Below, in pieces: positions 50,834-59,320 of a stretch of DNA of 64,000 nt. Numbering within the stretch: the stretch's first letter is position 1; each line of letters opens with the position of its first letter. The notes beneath the pieces are model-generated. The model searched no databases. It saw nothing but the letters and a program-made list of their open reading frames with translations, and was not told where the DNA came from. This stretch comes from an uncultured delta proteobacterium (GTDB lineage: Bacteria > Desulfobacterota > Desulfobacteria > Desulfobacterales > SpSt-501): the NCBI GenBank assembly GCA_963716785.1, contig CAVQUW010000025.1, positions 70,601 through 134,600 of the forward strand, written 5' to 3'. The position numbers and the translations under genes were made by a program.

Positions 50834-53799
50834 CGGTGATCTCCTTTGAGCAGCAGGATCAAGGCCCCTGTCAGCAGCGCGAGCAGCAGAACCATCCAGC
50901 CGACCGGAGCGGGCGGGCCCGGTTTTAACAGCTCCCCGAGGCTTACCCGAAACGGCGTGTTGCCGACGACGAGGCCGAGGCCGACCGCGGCCGGGTCGGA
51001 ACCCTCCGGAAGCTGGAGCCGGCGGCTGTAGGTGCCGTCCAGATGGTCGACGACCGGTTCCGGAAACTCCCCGAGGCCGGACTCCCACAGGATCTGGTGC
51101 GCCTGTCCCGGCCCCAACAGGTTGCCGAAGGCATCGGCCGGTCTGAGCGAAATCTCGTAGTGGTCCCCTTTCACCGCCGCCGGCAGCCGGACGGCGACGG
51201 CGGCGATCGATTCGGTGCTCACGCCGATGTGCCGCTCCACCCGGTGGCTGCGTTCGAAGGCGATCCCGCCCGCGGTGCGGCCGGAGGCGATGAACTCGAA
51301 GGCATAGGTCCCGGGGATGTTCGTGCCCTCCAGCCGGCCGGTGAACACCCCGTCGCCGGCGGCGGCATCTCCGTTGGCACCGTCGTCGTAAAGCGAGATG
51401 GTGTCCACGACCCGTCGGCCGGGAAATTGCCGCCCGTCGCCCTGCTCGGACAGAAAGAGGACCTTGCGCATCAGCGGCGTCAGAGGTTCCTGACCGCGCT
51501 GCTCCGGCACGCGGGCCAGCTCCGCGGGGGAGACGGGTGCCGCCGCCAGCCAGTTGCCGAGCCCCTCGACCGGGCGTGCCACCCGTACCCGGACGCTCGC
51601 CGGTCCGGCAAGCGGCCGGCCGGAGGCGGTCAGGCGGGCGCTCAGGGTGAGGGCGGACCCGGTGCGCATAGACTTGCCCTGAACCGCGGCGCGCAGTGCC
51701 AGGCCCGAATCGGTCAGGACACTCCACTGGTAGGGTTCGGCCCGGCCCTTGGCGGCATCGGCCAGCCGCAGTTCCAGCGTCCAGGGCTCCGGGGCGACCC
51801 GGCCCGGGACCCTCAGAAAGGCCGCGTCGATCGTTACGAGGCTGAAGGTGTCGCCCCGGCGCAGGCGGACCCCCTCGGCGGCCGGGTCCAATGGGAGCTC
51901 ACGGCCGTCCGAGCCGCGGATGGCCGGCCGCACCCGGTCTTGCCCCGGTGTGGCCCAGCTCACGTAGAAGGCCACCTTGCGGTCGTGTTCGGTGATGGAC
52001 ACTTCGTGGCGGCGGCGCTCCCCCGGCCGGATCAGCCCCGCGGGGTCGGCGGCGGCCTCGAGCTCGAGGGCGTCGACCAGGATGGACTTGTAGGCGGCCT
52101 GAAGTGCGGTGGCCGGGTCCCAGGCCCCGGGGTCGAAGCCCGACGCCGTGGTGACGTCGTAATAGCCGCCGGTGTCCCCGGCGAGCTCGGCCAGGAGGTC
52201 GTGGGGGACCTCGCCCGGTTGGCCGAAGCCGATGGCGTAGGTCCGGACGGATGCCGCGGCGAGCTGGTCGGCCACGGAGCGGATGTCGTCGATGCCCGAG
52301 GCGGAGGGGCAGTTGTGAAAGCCGTCGCTCAACAGGACGATCGCCTTGCGCGCCTCGTCGCCCAACACGGCCCCTGCCGCGGTCAGACCGGCCAGCAGGG
52401 GGGTGCTGCCGGCGGCCTGCAGGCCGGCGATGGTGGTCTGGGTGGCCGTGTCGACCGCGGCCGGCGTGGCGGTGGTCAGCGGGGTGAGGACTTCGCCGGT
52501 GCAGCCGGAAAGGGGCTGGCGCGGGAAGCGCACGATCGCGAAGTCGGCTTGGCAAGGGTTGAAGAAGGCGAGCATGTCCAAAAACGGGACGGCGGCGCGG
52601 CGGGCGAGGGTCAGCCGCCGGTGGGATTCCTCCACCCCGGGTGTTCCCGCGTGGCTCCAGTTCATGCTGCCGGAGGTGTCGAAGAGCAGGGCCACGGCGG
52701 CCTCGGGCGACCCGCCGGCCGGCGGCGGGACGACGGGGACATCCCCGGCGATCGTGATGTCCGGGGGCGGGGTCTGGTGGTGGACCACGCTGTAGAGGGT
52801 GCGGTAGATCACCTCCCGGTGATGGACCGTGTTCTGGTGACGGGCGAATTTGTCCCGGGTCTCCTGGGTCAGGAACGGTTCGATGTAGTCCGGGATCGAA
52901 TCCGAAGGCGGGGCGGCGGGGACCTGGATGGTGTCGATGTTGACCGCATCCGGGGCCAGGTTCCGGGCGCGCACGCGGCCCATGCAGTCGTTGGAGACCG
53001 TGCTGCCGCCGACGAAATCACCATTGCCGGCCGCGTAGATGGCGACGTAAAGCACCCCCTGCCCGACCGGCGCCCCGTCGGGGCGGCTGCCCGGGGCTTC
53101 CCCGGCCGGGGGGGCGTTGAGGTTTTCGATGAAATCGACGCTGGCGTCGTCAAACGGGCTGCAGAAGTAATTGTGGCCGTTGTTCAACTGCCGGGCGGAA
53201 AACTGCTCCGGCTTGGAATCAAGACCCGGCCAGCGCAGGCCGTGGTTGGGCGGGGCGATGGCGATGAACTCGGAAACCGGGATCGGCGCTCCGGCGGCGT
53301 GCAGGTCCCTGAGATACTTGCGGGTGCTGAGGGTCCCTTTGCTGTAGGCGATGACGGCCACCTTCAGGTCGGGGTTGTCCGGCTCCGTCAGCCGGTGGCG
53401 GTCCAGGATCAACTCGATGGCCGCGCCGATTTCGGCGGCGTCGATGTCGATCGAGCGCCGGTGATCGTCCGGCGTGTCGCCGAAATGGATGTAATAGGGC
53501 TCGATTCCCAGGCAGCCGTTCTCCGGCAGGTCCAGGGTCTGCTTGAAGGAGGTCAGGCCCGCAAGGGTGTCATGGAAGTTCTTTTTGTAGTTGGGGGCGC
53601 TCGCCTGCGGGTCCGGGTCGTGGCCGTGGACGAAGAGCACGGCCGTCCGGTGGGCGGGCGGGGTCAGGCTGTCGGCCGCAAGCGGGGTCTGCCCGTCCGC
53701 GGTGAACACCGTCACCGCAAAGGCCATGGCGGGGAGCAGCACGACGAGGCTCGAGAGGGTCCCCGAAAAGGTCGCAAGCCGCAAGGCGTATTTGATCAT
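50830..53799 (-). CDS. secreted multidomain protein: lipase-like alpha/beta hydrolase + vWA (MIDAS) + beta-rich region + C-terminal TM anchor
   Basis: 989 aa from ATG 53799: signal peptide, VLFVHGHD and IAYSKGT (AxSxG nucleophile-like), the DTSGSM MIDAS motif with ..VLLSDGFHN, and the C-terminal VGWMVLLLALLTGALILLLKGDHR. Confidence 0.7.
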   Translation of the reverse strand: MIKYALRLATFSGTLSSLVVLLPAMAFAVTVFTADGQTPLAADSLTPPAHRTAVLFVHGHDPDPQASAPNYKKNFHDTLAGLTSFKQTLDLPENGCLGIEPYYIHFGDTPDDHRRSIDIDAAEIGAAIELILDRHRLTEPDNPDLKVAVIAYSKGTLSTRKYLRDLHAAGAPIPVSEFIAIAPPNHGLRWPGLDSKPEQFSARQLNNGHNYFCSPFDDASVDFIENLNAPPAGEAPGSRPDGAPVGQGVLYVAIYAAGNGDFVGGSTVSNDCMGRVRARNLAPDAVNIDTIQVPAAPPSDSIPDYIEPFLTQETRDKFARHQNTVHHREVIYRTLYSVVHHQTPPPDITIAGDVPVVPPPAGGSPEAAVALLFDTSGSMNWSHAGTPGVEESHRRLTLARRAAVPFLDMLAFFNPCQADFAIVRFPRQPLSGCTGEVLTPLTTATPAAVDTATQTTIAGLQAAGSTPLLAGLTAAGAVLGDEARKAIVLLSDGFHNCPSASGIDDIRSVADQLAAASVRTYAIGFGQPGEVPHDLLAELAGDTGGYYDVTTASGFDPGAWDPATALQAAYKSILVDALELEAAADPAGLIRPGERRRHEVSITEHDRKVAFYVSWATPGQDRVRPAIRGSDGRELPLDPAAEGVRLRRGDTFSLVTIDAAFLRVPGRVAPEPWTLELRLADAAKGRAEPYQWSVLTDSGLALRAAVQGKSMRTGSALTLSARLTASGRPLAGPASVRVRVARPVEGLGNWLAAAPVSPAELARVPEQRGQEPLTPLMRKVLFLSEQGDGRQFPGRRVVDTISLYDDGANGDAAAGDGVFTGRLEGTNIPGTYAFEFIASGRTAGGIAFERSHRVERHIGVSTESIAAVAVRLPAAVKGDHYEISLRPADAFGNLLGPGQAHQILWESGLGEFPEPVVDHLDGTYSRRLQLPEGSDPAAVGLGLVVGNTPFRVSLGELLKPGPPAPVGWMVLLLALLTGALILLLKGDHR

Positions 53800-54023
53800 C
53801 ACGTGCCTTTCCCGCGCGCTCGGTGTTCCGCGCGTGCCCGGAAGCCGGTGTTGATAATAGGGTGTGGATGGATTAAGGATGGCTATGTCATCAGCTTCAT
53901 AGCACAAACCGAAGCGGACGGACAACCCGCAGCACGAACAGCGGCGGCCGAAGTCTCCCGGACGCATCCAGAGGGCCGGCGGTGTTCCGTTCCGACCGGT
54001 CGACACCTAAGGGGGCTCTCATC

Positions 54024-55139
54024 ATGAACAGCATGTTGCATTCCAGGCGGATCCGATGGGTGGTCTTGGGTGTGCTGGCGACACTCGCCGGACCAGGAAT
54101 TGCCGCGTGTGCCGAAAACCCCGGCGACGAGTTTCTGCGGGGCTACGCCACGGCCGTGGTCCAGATGAACTTTCCGGCGGCGGCCAAAACCCTGCGGGTG
54201 GAGAACGGGGTGGTGTTCGTGCAGAGCGCCGCGGTGTCCGCGGAGGAGCAGGCCCATCTCACGCGGATGCTGGCCGAGGCGCCCGGTTTTGTGCGGCTGG
54301 AGCGGGTCGACGACCTCGCCGCCATGACCGCCGCGGCCCCGGAAAAAAAGCCTTCGGGCGCCGGGTCCCTGCCGATTTTTCTGGCGAAGAAACCGCTGTT
54401 TCAGCCGCTTTTGGCCGACCCGCGCTGGCCGCATTTCTCCGCCGCCTACCAGCGCTATGTCGACGATGAACAACTGCGCAATGTGGCGGCTACCTCCTTC
54501 GGGGAGACTTTCAGCCTGGTGCGTTTCGGCGGCCCCTGGGAGGCGACCATGGAGCTGGGCATCCATGCGGGTGTCTTCGCCATTTTCGACCTGGACGCCG
54601 AGTCCTCGGACCTGATCAACGCCGACTACTTGGTGGGGCTGCCGCTGACGACCAAATGGGGCAATTTTTCCAACCTGACGAGCGTCTTCCACCAGAGCTC
54701 GCATTTGGGCGATGAGTTCCTGCTGCGCGGCCGCGCGGACAAGCGCGTGAACCTGAGCTACGAGGCCGTCGGGAGCCTCTTCTCCTACCACCTGCCCGCC
54801 GGGTTGCGTGTCTACGGCGGCGGCGGGTACATCTTCCGCCGGGAGCCGGGGAGTCTCGAGCCCTGGTCCACCCAGGTCGGCCTCGAGTTCACGAGCCCCT
54901 GGCCGTTCCTGGGGGGCGCCCTGAGGCCGGTGGCCGGGGTGGATGTGCAGAACCGCGAGGAGAGCGGCTGGGATACGGACCTCTCCCTGCGCGCCGGGTT
55001 CCAGTTTCAGAACCCCGATTTCTTCAGCCGCAAGATGCAGCTGCTGTTCGAATACTACAAGGGCCAGTCGCCGAACGGCCAGTTCTATGAACGCGACATC
55101 GAGTCGTTCGGCATCGGGGTGCACTTTTTCATCGAATGA
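54024..55139 (+). CDS. DUF1207 domain protein with N-terminal BON-like region
   Basis: Signal peptide. The PLFQPLLADPRWPHFSAAY motif is characteristic of DUF1207. Confidence 0.75.
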   Translation: MNSMLHSRRIRWVVLGVLATLAGPGIAACAENPGDEFLRGYATAVVQMNFPAAAKTLRVENGVVFVQSAAVSAEEQAHLTRMLAEAPGFVRLERVDDLAAMTAAAPEKKPSGAGSLPIFLAKKPLFQPLLADPRWPHFSAAYQRYVDDEQLRNVAATSFGETFSLVRFGGPWEATMELGIHAGVFAIFDLDAESSDLINADYLVGLPLTTKWGNFSNLTSVFHQSSHLGDEFLLRGRADKRVNLSYEAVGSLFSYHLPAGLRVYGGGGYIFRREPGSLEPWSTQVGLEFTSPWPFLGGALRPVAGVDVQNREESGWDTDLSLRAGFQFQNPDFFSRKMQLLFEYYKGQSPNGQFYERDIESFGIGVHFFIE

Positions 55140-55190
55140 GCCGGTGATCGCATTGATACCGCCATCACCGGCCGCCAACGGAGGCATTCA

Positions 55191-55647
55191 ATGATTTATG
55201 ATACCTTTGAACACATCGCCTGGTATGCGCCGCCCGGCAGCCGGCTTTGCGACGCGATCGTGTTTGCGCGCGACGCCGGCCGCTCCATCGCCGACGGCCG
55301 GCATGCGATCGACGGGGAGCGGCTGTATGCGCTGGTGTCGACCTATGAGACCCTTCCCCGCACCGAGCGCCGCTTCGAGGCCCATCGACGCTATTTCGAC
55401 GTCCAGGTGCTGATCGAGGGGGCCGAGGCCATCGACGTGTGCCCGCCCCCCGCGCCGGAGCCGCTCGAGGCTTACGACGAAGGCAAGGACGTCCTCTTCA
55501 CGCCGCCGCCGCCAAGCTTTGTATCGCTTGCGCTGACAACCGGGGCGCTTCGCCGTTTTTTACCCGCAGGACCTCCACCGGCCGGGGTGTCACCTGGGTG
55601 GGGGGTGCCGGGTGCGGAAGATCGTCGTCAAGGGCCTGATCGAATAA
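55191..55647 (+). pseudogene. YhcH/YjgK/YiaL (DUF386) family protein; 1-nt frame break in the G-run 55542-55545
   Basis: MIYDTFEHIAWY...RFEAHRRYFDVQVLIEGAE. After one g is removed the frame continues ..LTTGRFAVFYPQDLHRPGCHLGG..KIVVKGLIE*. Confidence 0.8.
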
Positions 55648-55716
55648 CCGCGTCGCACGGCGCCCGTTCCCGTCCAAAATTGATCGCCGACGTGGAAATC
55701 CGGGGGTCTTCTTTTT

Positions 55717-55807
55717 TGTGGGGGCGGCATCCTTTGGGTCATGGAGTGACAGCCTTTGTGGGAGTGGCTTCCGGCCACGACGATCGCGGCAGGATGCCGC
55801 TCCCACA
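55717..55807. repeat. REP-like cluster of three TGTGGGAG(Y)GGC motifs, two forming a 51-nt hairpin
   Basis: tgtgggggcggcatcc starts at 55717. The hairpin is TGTGGGAGTGGC...GCCGCTCCCACA at 55757-55807. Confidence 0.5.
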
Positions 55808-55950
55808 GAAAAAATTAAACATCTTTGAAAGTCAAGTTTTTGGAAGCGCGTCACGCTTGACGACAAGATCTGAGGCATCCGATCCCGTGAGGTCCGGCAA
55901 AAAAAATCCTCGCCCCGGTGGGCGAAAAAATAAAGAGGAGAAAGCAGGCA

Positions 55951-56340
55951 ATGGACAAGAACAAGTACGAGCAAGGGATGGCGGTGCGCCGCGAGGTGCT
56001 CGGCGACGAGTATGTCAACAAGGCCGTGGCCGCGACGAGTGAGTTCATGCGGCCGATGCAGGAGCTGGTGGCCGAAAACTGCTGGGGCCACATCTGGACC
56101 CGGCCGGGGCTGCCCCGCAAGACGCGCAGCCTGATCACCCTGGCGACGCTCGCGGCCCTGCGCGCCAGCGGTGAGCTGAAGCTTCACGTGCTCGGGGCCC
56201 TGCGCAACGGCTGCACGCCGGAGGAGATCCAGGAGGTCCTGCTGCAGTCCGCGGTCTACTGCGGCGTACCGGCCGGGATCGAGGCCTTCCGGGCGGCCCG
56301 GGAGGTCGTGGAGGCCTGGCAGCAGGGGCAGAGCGGCTGA
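55951..56340 (+). CDS. carboxymuconolactone decarboxylase family protein (PcaC-like)
   Basis: ATG 55951 follows an AGAGGAG RBS. The pattern GMAVRREVLGDEYV...WTRPGLPRKTRSLITLA...HV.GALRNG.T.EEI.EVLLQ.AVYCG.PA is present. Confidence 0.85.
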   Translation: MDKNKYEQGMAVRREVLGDEYVNKAVAATSEFMRPMQELVAENCWGHIWTRPGLPRKTRSLITLATLAALRASGELKLHVLGALRNGCTPEEIQEVLLQSAVYCGVPAGIEAFRAAREVVEAWQQGQSG

Positions 56341-56345
56341 ACCTC

Positions 56346-56406
56346 CTGAGCTAAAAACCTTCGGTCTTCAGCCTTCAGCCTTTTTACCAAGTCATCGCTT
56401 TTGACG
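56346..56406 (+). repeat. intergenic element family A, copy c
   Basis: ctGAGCTAAAAACCTTCGGTCTTCAGCCTTCAGCCTttttaccAAGTCATCgcttTTGACg. The stem pair shows a compensatory change relative to copy a. Confidence 0.7.
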
Positions 56407-56467
56407 GCTGTCTCGAAATGCGCTAAGGCCCGGTGCAGGAGAATCGTCGTTAAAAAAGGAGGTGCCC

Positions 56468-56746
56468 ATGGCAAAGGACCCGGGAATCGGAATGAGGGTG
56501 AAGGCGACGGTCGTCGACGCGCAAGGGACCTGCAGCGCCGGCCACCGGGTGGGGGACACATTCGAGATCAGCTGCCATGACCCCGGCGGCCTGTGCGGGT
56601 GGTTCTACCACGACATCTTCCCGGCCCTCTCCACGTTTCAGTTCGGCGGCCGCTACCCTTGGTGGGAGGGGGATCGCATCGAGGTGCGCTGCCCCGACCC
56701 CCACAACCTGGTGACCCTCACGCTGGAGCGCACCCCTCGCGGTTGA
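56468..56746 (+). CDS. TIGR04076-family small protein
   Basis: ATG 56468 follows an AGGAGG RBS. The pattern CSAGHRVGDTFEIS...GGLCGWFYHDIFPALSTFQFGGRYPWW....IEVRCPDP is typical of the family. Confidence 0.75.
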   Translation: MAKDPGIGMRVKATVVDAQGTCSAGHRVGDTFEISCHDPGGLCGWFYHDIFPALSTFQFGGRYPWWEGDRIEVRCPDPHNLVTLTLERTPRG

Positions 56747-56834
56747 GCCGCGCGCAACGGGGGGCCGGGGCTCGAAGACCCTCGGGATGACCCCGGGCCC
56801 CATGGAACCCGGCTTCGGCCGGAAGGGAGGTGCC

Positions 56835-57950
56835 ATGACCCATCGAAGCGCCTACGATCGCCTGATCGCCCACATGCAGGAGTGGATCATCGGGATGCCG
56901 GACACGGCCGAGCTGCGCGAGCTTCTCGCGGCGCGGCTGACCCCGGAGGAAGCCGGGCTGATTGCCGATCTACCCCTGCTGCCGCACACTGCCGGGCAGG
57001 TGGCCGATGCCTGGGGCTGCTCGCTCGAAGAGGTGCAGACCCGGCTCGACCCTCTGGCGCGCAAGGGGGTCGTCTTCCGCCACGAATCCCGGGGCACGCT
57101 GCGCTACGCGCTGAACGAGTCCATGTTCATGTTCTTTCGCAGCCCCTTCTGGTCCGGCCGCGACGACGCCGACACCCGAAGGCTCGCGCAGCTTTCCAAC
57201 CGGTACTTCTACCCGGTCTACGGGCAGGAGTTCGGTCGGGGCCCGACCACGGGCCTCAGGGCCCTGCCGGTGCGCCGGACGATCGAGGACCCGCGTCGCA
57301 TCCGGCCTTTCGAGGACGCGCTCGCGGTGCTGGCCGGCGAGGAGGTCATCTGCGTCGCCCACTGCCCCTGCCGCCGGCGTAAAAACCTCGACCCCGAGGC
57401 GACGCCCTGCACGCACGAGACGCTCAACTGCCTGCACTTCGGGCGGCTGGCGCGCTACATGCTCGCCCAGGGCATGGGGGAAGAGATCGGCCGCCGGCAG
57501 GCCGAAGGCATCCTGGCCGCCTCCGCGGACGCCGGGCTCGTGCACGGGATCTCCGGGCACAAGGGGGCGCCGGATTCGATCTGCAACTGCTGCTCGTGCT
57601 GCTGCATCTACGTGCAGTCGGCCAACGTCCTGGGGCTGCATGGCCACCAGCGTTCGAATTACTTTGCCGAGGTGGATGCGGCGGTCTGCGTGGGGTGCGG
57701 TAAATGCGCAGAGCGCTGCCCCATGCGGGCCGTGCGGCTTGCGGCTTCGGCGGCGGCCCCCAAAAAGACCGGGAAGATCTCGGTCGTCGCAGCCGAACGG
57801 TGCATCGGCTGCGGCCTCTGCAGCCACAAGTGCCCCACCGGCGCGATCCGGCTGACCCACCGGCCGCAGGCGGAGGACATCGCCGAGACCGAGCGCGAGA
57901 TGGCGCGGCGCATGGCGCGCGAGCGGGGGCGCGCGGCGCGCGGACTCTAA
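56835..57950 (+). CDS. 4Fe-4S dicluster domain-containing protein
   Basis: 371 aa. Cys clusters: CPCRRR..C..C, CNCCSCCC, CVGCGKCAERCP, CIGCGLCSHKCP. Confidence 0.8.
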   Translation: MTHRSAYDRLIAHMQEWIIGMPDTAELRELLAARLTPEEAGLIADLPLLPHTAGQVADAWGCSLEEVQTRLDPLARKGVVFRHESRGTLRYALNESMFMFFRSPFWSGRDDADTRRLAQLSNRYFYPVYGQEFGRGPTTGLRALPVRRTIEDPRRIRPFEDALAVLAGEEVICVAHCPCRRRKNLDPEATPCTHETLNCLHFGRLARYMLAQGMGEEIGRRQAEGILAASADAGLVHGISGHKGAPDSICNCCSCCCIYVQSANVLGLHGHQRSNYFAEVDAAVCVGCGKCAERCPMRAVRLAASAAAPKKTGKISVVAAERCIGCGLCSHKCPTGAIRLTHRPQAEDIAETEREMARRMARERGRAARGL

Positions 57951-58027
57951 CCCATTCCCGGCAATCCCGAAAACCCCTTTCGGTTCGGCGCGGTGGCGTG
58001 ATGATGGTGTCAACCAGCGAGGAGCGG

Positions 58028-59292
58028 ATGCTGATCGGCTGCATTGCCGATGATCTGACCGGGGCCACCGACCTTGCGGTCACCTTGATGCGCGCAGGGC
58101 TTGCGGTCATCCAGATCAACGGGGTCCCGGCGCCGCAGCAGCGCCTGCCGCCCGGCGACGCCGTCGTCGTGGCGCTCAAGTCCCGGACCATCCCCTCAGC
58201 GGCGGCGGTGGCGCAGTCGCTTGCGGCGCTCTCCTGGCTGCGCGCCCGGGGTGCTGCGCGCATCTTCTTCAAGTACTGCTCGACCTTCGACTCCACCCCG
58301 CAAGGCAACATCGGTCCGGTGGCCGATGCCCTGCTGAATGCTCTGGGGAGCGACTTCACGGTCGCCACCCCGGCCTATCCCCGCAACCAGCGCACGGTGT
58401 ACCAGGGGCACCTCTTCGTGGGCGGGGTGCTGCTTTCGGAATCCGGGATGCGTCATCACCCCCTGACCCCCATGACCGATGCCAACCTGGTGCGGGTGCT
58501 GGCGGCGCAGACGGACGGCAAGGTGGGTCTTGTCCCCTACCCGGTCGTGGAAGAGGGCCCGGCGGCCGTTCGCCTCCGGCTGGAGGCGCTGCGGGGGGAG
58601 GGGTTCCGCCATGCCGTCATCGACGCCGTCTCGGACGAGCACCTGATCGCGGCCGGTGCGGCCTGCGCGGACCTCGCGCTGGCGACCGGCGGGGCGGGTT
58701 TGGCCATGGGGATCGCCCACCACCTGGTCAAGACGGGGAAGCGCGGCCGCCTTGGCGCGGCCCCCGGTGCATTGCCGACCGTTACGGGCCCCTCCGCCAT
58801 CCTTGCCGGCAGCTGTTCCGCCGCCACCTTGGCCCAGGTCAAAGCGGTCGTCGACAAGCTGCCGGCGCTCAAAATCGACCCCTTGCGCCTGGCAGGCGAT
58901 GAAGAGGCTCTCGCCGCGGTCATGGAATGGGCCGTGGCCAATCTGGGCCCGGACCCGATTCTCGTTTATGCCACGGCGGAGGCCAAGGAACTGGCCGAGG
59001 TCCAGGAAAAACTGGGCGCGACAGGTCGGCCGAAATCGTCGAAGGGGCGTTTCGCGCCCTGGCAAAGCGTTTGGCGCAGGCCGGGGTGCGGCGTTTCGTG
59101 GTGGCCGGGGGCGAGACCTCCGGCGCGGTGGTGGAAGCACTGGAGGCGCGGGCGCTTCTGATCGGCCCGGAGATCGCCCCCGGGGTCCCGTGGACCGCCA
59201 CGGTGGAGGAACCCGTGCGCCTCCTGGCGCTGAAGTCCGGCAATTTCGGGGGCCCGGATTTCTTCACCCGGGCTTTCGAGGTTCTGGGGTGA
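58028..59292 (+). pseudogene. four-carbon acid sugar kinase family protein (YgbK/OtnK-like); 1-nt deletion-type frame break at 59012-59019
   Basis: MLIGCIADDLTGATDLA... is the N-terminal domain. After EVQEKLG the frame shifts, and RDRSAEIVEGAFRALAKRLAQAGVRRFVVAGGETSGAVV continues in ORF 58927..59292. Confidence 0.8.
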
Positions 59293-59320
59293 GGGAAGTG
59301 CACGAAGCCGGCCGTGCGAT

